DNA of 64,000 bases, from IMG/VR virus record IMGVR_UViG_3300010340_001122. One strand, 5' to 3'. This stretch comes from a virus (Duplodnaviria; Caudoviricetes). Of the stretch, positions 58,095-64,000 are shown piece by piece. The first letter of the stretch is position 1; each line of letters begins with the position of its first letter. The notes below the pieces were generated by a model. The model worked only from the letters and a program-made list of their open reading frames with translations, did no database searches and was not told the DNA's origin. Made by a program: the position numbers and the translations under genes.

Positions 58095-61000
58095 ATGGCA
58101 ATTCAAATCGGTAAATACAAAAGACCAGGAATCTTCATAGAAGAAATTGACAAATCGATTATCACCAGCCCAACCGTGGAAGGTTTTGCTAATTTAGTTA
58201 TTGGATTCTCTAAAAAGGGTCCAGTAAACTCAGCAGTTTTGTTAAAAACTGTTGGTGATCTAGAAAGAATCTTCGGTTCTGTTGATAGACAATTAGAGAG
58301 AAAAGGTTCTTTTTTCCATAGAACTATTTCAAAAATGTTAGAATCAGCTCCTGTTTATGCAGTTAACCTATTGTTAACTGATGATACACTTGACCAAATT
58401 GAGTATCAATCTGTTTCAGCAACCCCAATACATAATAATGATATTGAGAGAACAGCAGCTTATAGAAAGTTTTTTGATACAACTGGATTTTGGAAGAGAG
58501 ATACTGAGTCTTTTATAGACACTACAAAACCTAACTCTGGATATGAAAACAGAGTATTAAATTTTACAAATCTTTCAGATAGATTTATTACAGTTTTTTG
58601 TGTTAAATCTTCTGTAACAGGATTTGAAAGACCATTACTTGAATGGTATGGTTCAATTGAAAAACTTCCACCTTATTTATATTCTACCGATTTGGCATCT
58701 GACTACTTAGTAGATGTTATTGTTGTTGGTGGTGATTGGTCTAATTATCAAGAATTATCTGTCGATCCAAGATGGACAGCATATTTCTCAGCAGAAGGTT
58801 TGAAAAAGAATCAAATTAGAAATTTTGCTAATGATAGAAATATTACTCTATTGGGTTATTATGAAGGTCTTTCTTTGGTTCCATATTTTAGAGATTTGAA
58901 TGGTAGAAATATATTTATTGAAACAATTATTAACAGAGACACAGATAAAACTGGATTGTTTTGTGCATTTAACAATGATTTATTTGAAACAGACTATCCA
59001 AAGGGACTTGTCGATTTAATTGGTAACTCATTAGTTGGAGATGATTTATTAAGTAATCCTCCATCAGTTGATGAAACTTACTACAAATCATTGGATGCTA
59101 ATGATGGTAAAGTTGATGGTGAATTATCAATCGATTTCTTATCATATAAGGAACAGATAACTGAGACTTTAACGTTTGCTAATAGAGTATTGGATAGACC
59201 AGGTAATGTTATCGCTTTATTTGATGGATTAGGTAGTGGTACTTCATCGTTGTATCAGAATATATATACACACTCTTATAATGATTCATCATCTGTTTTA
59301 GGTGGTGTTGTAACAGGACCTAATGATGATACAAATTTACAATATGTTAAATATCCTAATAGAACATATTGGTTCGCTGAGGGATATGTTAATGACCTTG
59401 TATATTCAAGTTTTGATACAAGTGGTACTTCAAGTTGGACAGCAACATATACTGTAGATACTACATCGGATAATGGTTATGCTATTATTGGTGGAAACTA
59501 TATTCCTTTATCAGGAACATATTCTATCCAATTAAAAGCCAGCTCTTTTCCAACTATTACATCTACTCAATCATTTAATTGGGCTTTTGTACTAGATTCG
59601 ACAGGTAATATTTCTGCTAAAATATCCACAGCTACTTCTTCTAAAGCTACAGTTGCTTCTACTGATATTGTTTTACAATATGGTACAGCAGATTTAAATA
59701 ATGGTATGTTTGTACCATCTAGTGAAGTTGGATCATCTGTTACTATTGATAGTACAACTGGTGGTGGACCATCTTCATATATTCCAATGGAATTAGGAGT
59801 TGATTATATTATATCAACAGCATCAACACCTCAACAACCATTAAATGATGGAGATTTTAAAGTTGAGTTTTTAAATACTAATTCTACACCAGATGTTAAA
59901 AACTATGAACAATATAGAAGATTTAAAATGTTTAACTCGTTATTAACTTATATTGATACAAGTTCTACATATAGAGGTCTTATGTTGTTGGGTCCAGGTG
60001 GACAAGGAAATGCTAATTATGAGACTACAAAAAAGAGCCTATCTGGAGTAACTTTTAGTAATATTAAGACTGGAACAACTGTTAACAAATCATTTGTTGT
60101 TAAAACTGGATTAACATATGCTGATATTCAAGATATTGTTGAGGCTGGTGAGCTTGTATTTTATAAACTAGATGATGAGTTTTTAATTGACTATGCTGGT
60201 TTTGAGACTAAAAACACATTACCAGTGTTGGATGGTACTACTGCATCTTTTGGTGTGGTTGGTAAATATTCAACATTCTACACACAATATGATCAAGGAT
60301 TAATAGGTGCTGGAGATATTTTCTTCCAAAATGAACTTTGGGATGGAGTACAGGTTAATTTTATACCTGGTTTAGGAATAACTGCTTCTTTAGAGGGTTA
60401 TAATTATGTTCTATTCAGAGTTGAAGAGGGTAATACTTATACATCTCAAAATAAAGCATATTTTAATCAATTGAATAATAATATTGGAGATGATATTGTT
60501 CAAGGATACCAATTTTTGATAGGTGGTGTTCTTAATAGTGGAGCATTCACATTGAAGTATGATCAGGGATTAACTGTTGAAAACGGACTGTCTTTACCTG
60601 GTGATGCTGGTGGTGATGCGACACTCGCTTCAGGAAGAGCTTATTTAATAGCTACATATAGTAATACAACTATCGATTCAATTGATACTGCGTCTTATAG
60701 CTATTATGCATATGAAGTTTCTGAGACTGTTTCTGATGAAACTTTAAATATTAGTAAATTATATGGGTATAATAATGAATTCTCAGGAGCTGGTATTTAT
60801 CTATCTCCTTACCAAAAGGATAATGGAGATTTAGTGGTTAATTTTACAAATTTTGGATTAGCTACACAATCAGTAATGAGTTCTTTAAATCCTACTGCTA
60901 ATAGTGCATTAGCAACTAATGGAATTATCTATGTTAAGTCATCGAAGAGTAACTTTAAACAATCTCTTGAGGTGGAATATCCAACAGGATGGTCTGCTGT

Positions 61001-62303
61001 TCCTAATAAGGTTCTTGTTAAGAGAGATAGATATTCTGAGGTCAAAGTTGGAGATTTCTTAGAAGCAGCATACGATCCTACATTATTAAAATCTGATCAA
61101 ATGCCTAAGAAACTTACTAGAATTCAAACTAAAAAACTTTGGTCTGTTAATTCTGACTATGTTGAACTATCTTGTGATTCATCAGTTAAATTGAGATCAT
61201 TTAATGGTGATTATCAAACAAACAGATACACTAAAATAGATGATTATGTTAAAACATATAAAGCAATTTCTCTAAAAGGATTTAGAATTAGAGAAGCATC
61301 TATACCAGATGGTACAGAGTCTAAACAATCATCGATACTTGATGTAGTTGCTAAAGGAACTCCTTTGTTCAAAGCACTTACAAATAAAGAAGCTTTTGAT
61401 TTTAGATATCTAATCGACTCATTTGGTCTAGGTTTAACACCTGACTCTAAACAACAATTAGTTGATGTTTGTGGGGATCGCCTTGATGCTTTTGGTATCT
61501 TGAATATGCCATCGTTGAAATCGTTTAAGAATTCAGTTTCTCCAACATTCAAAGATGGTAATGGAACACTACAAGTAGAGTATATTGCTAAAGGTGGTGA
61601 TCCAGAAAGTAATCCAGATTTCCTTTACTCATTCGGTAAAGGCGCCGGTGTAACTTCTGTTGGTTATTTCTTACCTTATATAACAGTTGACGATTTTGGT
61701 AGACCAGTTGATGTACCACCATCAGCATATGTAGGATTGACATTTATGAGAAAACATAATAGCACAACTACAAGTATTGTTCCTTGGACAATTGCAGCGG
61801 GTGTTAATAATGGTAGAATTACTGGTATACAAGACCTTGAGCAAATATTCACTCCTTCTGATCTTGAATATCTAAATCAGGCTCAAATGAATCCATTAAC
61901 TTTCAAGAGAAATAGAGGATTCGTAATTGAAACTGAAAATACAGCTCAAGTACTTTATAAATCAGCACTTTCTTACATACACGTAAGAGAAGTATTGATT
62001 GAACTTGAAAGAGAGTTATCTAGAATGTTGTTAGACTTCCAATGGAAATTCAATACAGCAGAAATTAGATCACAAATCAAGTTACAAGCTGACGTTATTT
62101 GTGAGAAATATGTGGCTCAAAACGGTCTTTACAATTACTTCAATAAGATCGATGAGGAGAATAATACTCCAGAGATTATTGATAATCAAATTGGTGTTCT
62201 TGACACATATGTTGAACCAATCAAGGGTATGGGTATAATTGTGAATAATATCACAATACTTAGAACTGGAGCTATCTCAGCAGGTGGATTCATCAACTCT
62301 TAA
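58095..62303 (+). CDS. Contractile tail sheath protein (gp18-like), greatly enlarged
   Basis: RPGIFIEEID, GFSKKGPVN; C-terminal VPPSAYV, AGVNNG, LSYIHVREVLI, IDEENNTPEIID. Confidence 0.93.
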   Translation: MAIQIGKYKRPGIFIEEIDKSIITSPTVEGFANLVIGFSKKGPVNSAVLLKTVGDLERIFGSVDRQLERKGSFFHRTISKMLESAPVYAVNLLLTDDTLDQIEYQSVSATPIHNNDIERTAAYRKFFDTTGFWKRDTESFIDTTKPNSGYENRVLNFTNLSDRFITVFCVKSSVTGFERPLLEWYGSIEKLPPYLYSTDLASDYLVDVIVVGGDWSNYQELSVDPRWTAYFSAEGLKKNQIRNFANDRNITLLGYYEGLSLVPYFRDLNGRNIFIETIINRDTDKTGLFCAFNNDLFETDYPKGLVDLIGNSLVGDDLLSNPPSVDETYYKSLDANDGKVDGELSIDFLSYKEQITETLTFANRVLDRPGNVIALFDGLGSGTSSLYQNIYTHSYNDSSSVLGGVVTGPNDDTNLQYVKYPNRTYWFAEGYVNDLVYSSFDTSGTSSWTATYTVDTTSDNGYAIIGGNYIPLSGTYSIQLKASSFPTITSTQSFNWAFVLDSTGNISAKISTATSSKATVASTDIVLQYGTADLNNGMFVPSSEVGSSVTIDSTTGGGPSSYIPMELGVDYIISTASTPQQPLNDGDFKVEFLNTNSTPDVKNYEQYRRFKMFNSLLTYIDTSSTYRGLMLLGPGGQGNANYETTKKSLSGVTFSNIKTGTTVNKSFVVKTGLTYADIQDIVEAGELVFYKLDDEFLIDYAGFETKNTLPVLDGTTASFGVVGKYSTFYTQYDQGLIGAGDIFFQNELWDGVQVNFIPGLGITASLEGYNYVLFRVEEGNTYTSQNKAYFNQLNNNIGDDIVQGYQFLIGGVLNSGAFTLKYDQGLTVENGLSLPGDAGGDATLASGRAYLIATYSNTTIDSIDTASYSYYAYEVSETVSDETLNISKLYGYNNEFSGAGIYLSPYQKDNGDLVVNFTNFGLATQSVMSSLNPTANSALATNGIIYVKSSKSNFKQSLEVEYPTGWSAVPNKVLVKRDRYSEVKVGDFLEAAYDPTLLKSDQMPKKLTRIQTKKLWSVNSDYVELSCDSSVKLRSFNGDYQTNRYTKIDDYVKTYKAISLKGFRIREASIPDGTESKQSSILDVVAKGTPLFKALTNKEAFDFRYLIDSFGLGLTPDSKQQLVDVCGDRLDAFGILNMPSLKSFKNSVSPTFKDGNGTLQVEYIAKGGDPESNPDFLYSFGKGAGVTSVGYFLPYITVDDFGRPVDVPPSAYVGLTFMRKHNSTTTSIVPWTIAAGVNNGRITGIQDLEQIFTPSDLEYLNQAQMNPLTFKRNRGFVIETENTAQVLYKSALSYIHVREVLIELERELSRMLLDFQWKFNTAEIRSQIKLQADVICEKYVAQNGLYNYFNKIDEENNTPEIIDNQIGVLDTYVEPIKGMGIIVNNITILRTGAISAGGFINS

Positions 62304-62321
62304 TGATAAGCAATAATAAAG

Positions 62322-62352
62322 AAAACTCCAATAGAAATATTGGGGTTTTTTT
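62322..62352 (+). terminator. Intrinsic terminator after the sheath gene
   Basis: aaaactccaata-gaaa-tattggggtttttt. Confidence 0.85.
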
Positions 62353-62402
62353 ATTAAACAAAGATAGGTGTATTTAATATATATGTAAAAAGGTATGTTA
62401 TT

Positions 62403-64000
62403 ATGGATTTAGATATATTTAGAAAAAACGATCCTTCTGGTAAATTAAATAAGGAATCTTACCTTTTCAAAAATCATACTGAAGAGTATAATTATATTAT
62501 TGATTATTGTAGGAAAAATGAAATATTTGATATTTCTTTCAAGGAAAAAGTTTATCTGTGTCTAAATAATATATCTAAAGTGCCTATCTGTAAAAATCCA
62601 AATTGCAATAAAAAAGTAAATTTTATAAATTCGACTTTGGGTTTCAGAGAATATTGTTCTAATAAATGTATATCATCTGATCCAGATATCAAAAAAATTA
62701 AAGAGATGAAATCTTTAGAAAAGTTTGGAACAAAAACTCCAGCTGAATCGAAATTAATAAAAGACAAAATAATTCAAACTAACCAATTAAAATATGGAGG
62801 TAATTCCCCTATGTCTTCGGAAAAGATTCAAGAAAAATCAAAAGAAACATTAATAGAGAATTGGGGAGTTGATAATCCTGCTAAATCAAGTAAAATTTTA
62901 GATAGAAGAATTGAGTCTTTCAAAAAAAGCAATTATAAAGAATCATATAGAAAAACTTCTATTGAAAAATATGGTGTTGATCATCCGTGGATGAATGAGG
63001 AAGTTCATAAAAAAACGATAGATTTCTTCTATAAGAGTTATAAGGAAAGAATTGAAAGTAAGATAAATCATGACCAATTTTTTTTTAAAGGATTTAAAAA
63101 AGATCTTTCAACCAATTTACAATTTCATTGCAATGAGTGTGGTGAAGATTTTGATATTTTAACCTGGCAATTTTATTACAGAAACAATTCAGGTAGAAGT
63201 ATCTGTACAAATTGTTTTCCAATTTCAGAAAATGCTTCTATTTCGCAATTAGAAGTTTTAAGATTTATTGAATCAAATTATAATGGTGAAATCATTTCAG
63301 ATTGTAAAGGTATTATAAACCCTTATGAAATAGATATTTATTTACCTGAACTTAAATTAGGATTTGAGTTTAATGGTGTTTGGTGGCATTCCGAGAAATT
63401 TAAAGGTGATAGTTATCATCAGAAAAAACATAAATTTGCGGAAGATAATAATATAAATTTATTTTCGATTTGGGAAGATGATTGGAATAGTAAAAGAGAA
63501 ATCTGTCAATCATTTATACTTAATAAACTAGGTAAAACTCAAAATAAAATCTGGGCTAGAAAATGCCAAATCGAAAATGTTTCTTATAATGATTCAAGAG
63601 ATTTTTTAATAAAAAATCACCTTCAGGGAGATTGTAAATCTTCGATTAGAATTGGTTTATATTTCAATAATGATTTAGTAAGTCTAATGACATTTTCTAA
63701 ATTAAGATTACCATTACAAAGACTAAAATCAAATCGTAAAGAAAATTACTATGAATTGACTAGATTTTGTAATAAAATAAATACTAATGTTGTTGGAGGA
63801 GCATCAAAAATATTGAAATATTTTATTCAAAATCATTCACCTATATCAATAGAAACTTATTCTGATAATTCAATTTCAAATGGTGGTCTTTATCAAACTT
63901 TAGAATTTACTTATCAACATACTTCAAAACCAGGATATTGGTATGTGATAGATGGTATAAGAAGTCATAGATTTAATTGGAGAAAACAAAAACTCCTTAA
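62403..64000 (+). mobile_element. Free-standing putative homing endonuclease (Zn fingers, KYG repeats, PD-(D/E)XK-like domain), runs off the window end
   Basis: Hand-translated from ATG 62403: CKNPNC...YCSNKC, KFG/KYG/NWG repeats, YEIDIYLPELKLGFEFNGVWWH, IWEDDW, YELTRFC. Confidence 0.75.

Noticed and set aside
1-64000. Stop-codon reassignment as in some Bacteroidota phages
   Set aside because: Long conserved genes are intact in the standard code, and TAG and TGA both end genes; the polB break also needs a frame change.
1-64000. tRNA or rRNA genes
   Set aside because: No cloverleaf or T-loop signature noticed in the short intergenic gaps; a tRNAscan-SE run would be needed to exclude them fully.

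Overview
Strongly AT-rich, gene-dense segment of a T4-like (myovirus) jumbo phage using the standard genetic code. The host is inferred to be Bacteroidota from TAnnTTTG promoters, A-rich start regions without Shine-Dalgarno sites, and Bacteroidota-type ClpS, beta-barrel and lipoprotein genes. Core genes: gp5-like baseplate hub, UvsW, primase, the C-terminal half of a split family B DNA polymerase, sliding clamp, UvsY-like, RecA/UvsX, tape-measure-like protein, large terminase, and a 1402-aa tail sheath. Accessory genes: ClpP, ClpS, PPK2, NadM-Nudix, a truncated NAMPT, PLP aminotransferase, metallophosphoesterases, HAD proteins, amidoligase, WYL protein, M15 endolysin and four free-standing endonucleases. 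Top finding: the polB gene really starts at TTG 19167 and is interrupted inside motif B (QLAL|KLILNGSYG) by a 38-nt non-coding insert holding a stop codon and a 10-bp hairpin. It lies directly beside a free-standing HNH endonuclease, the same layout as the T4 gene 60 ribosomal-bypass/mobA cassette. Other findings: about 20 unrelated proteins share a T4-like capsid-targeting N-terminus; there are three promoter classes, two shared short peptide motifs, an unannotated sequon-rich lipoprotein, and a cluster of deletion scars. All family assignments are by motif recognition only; no searches were run.
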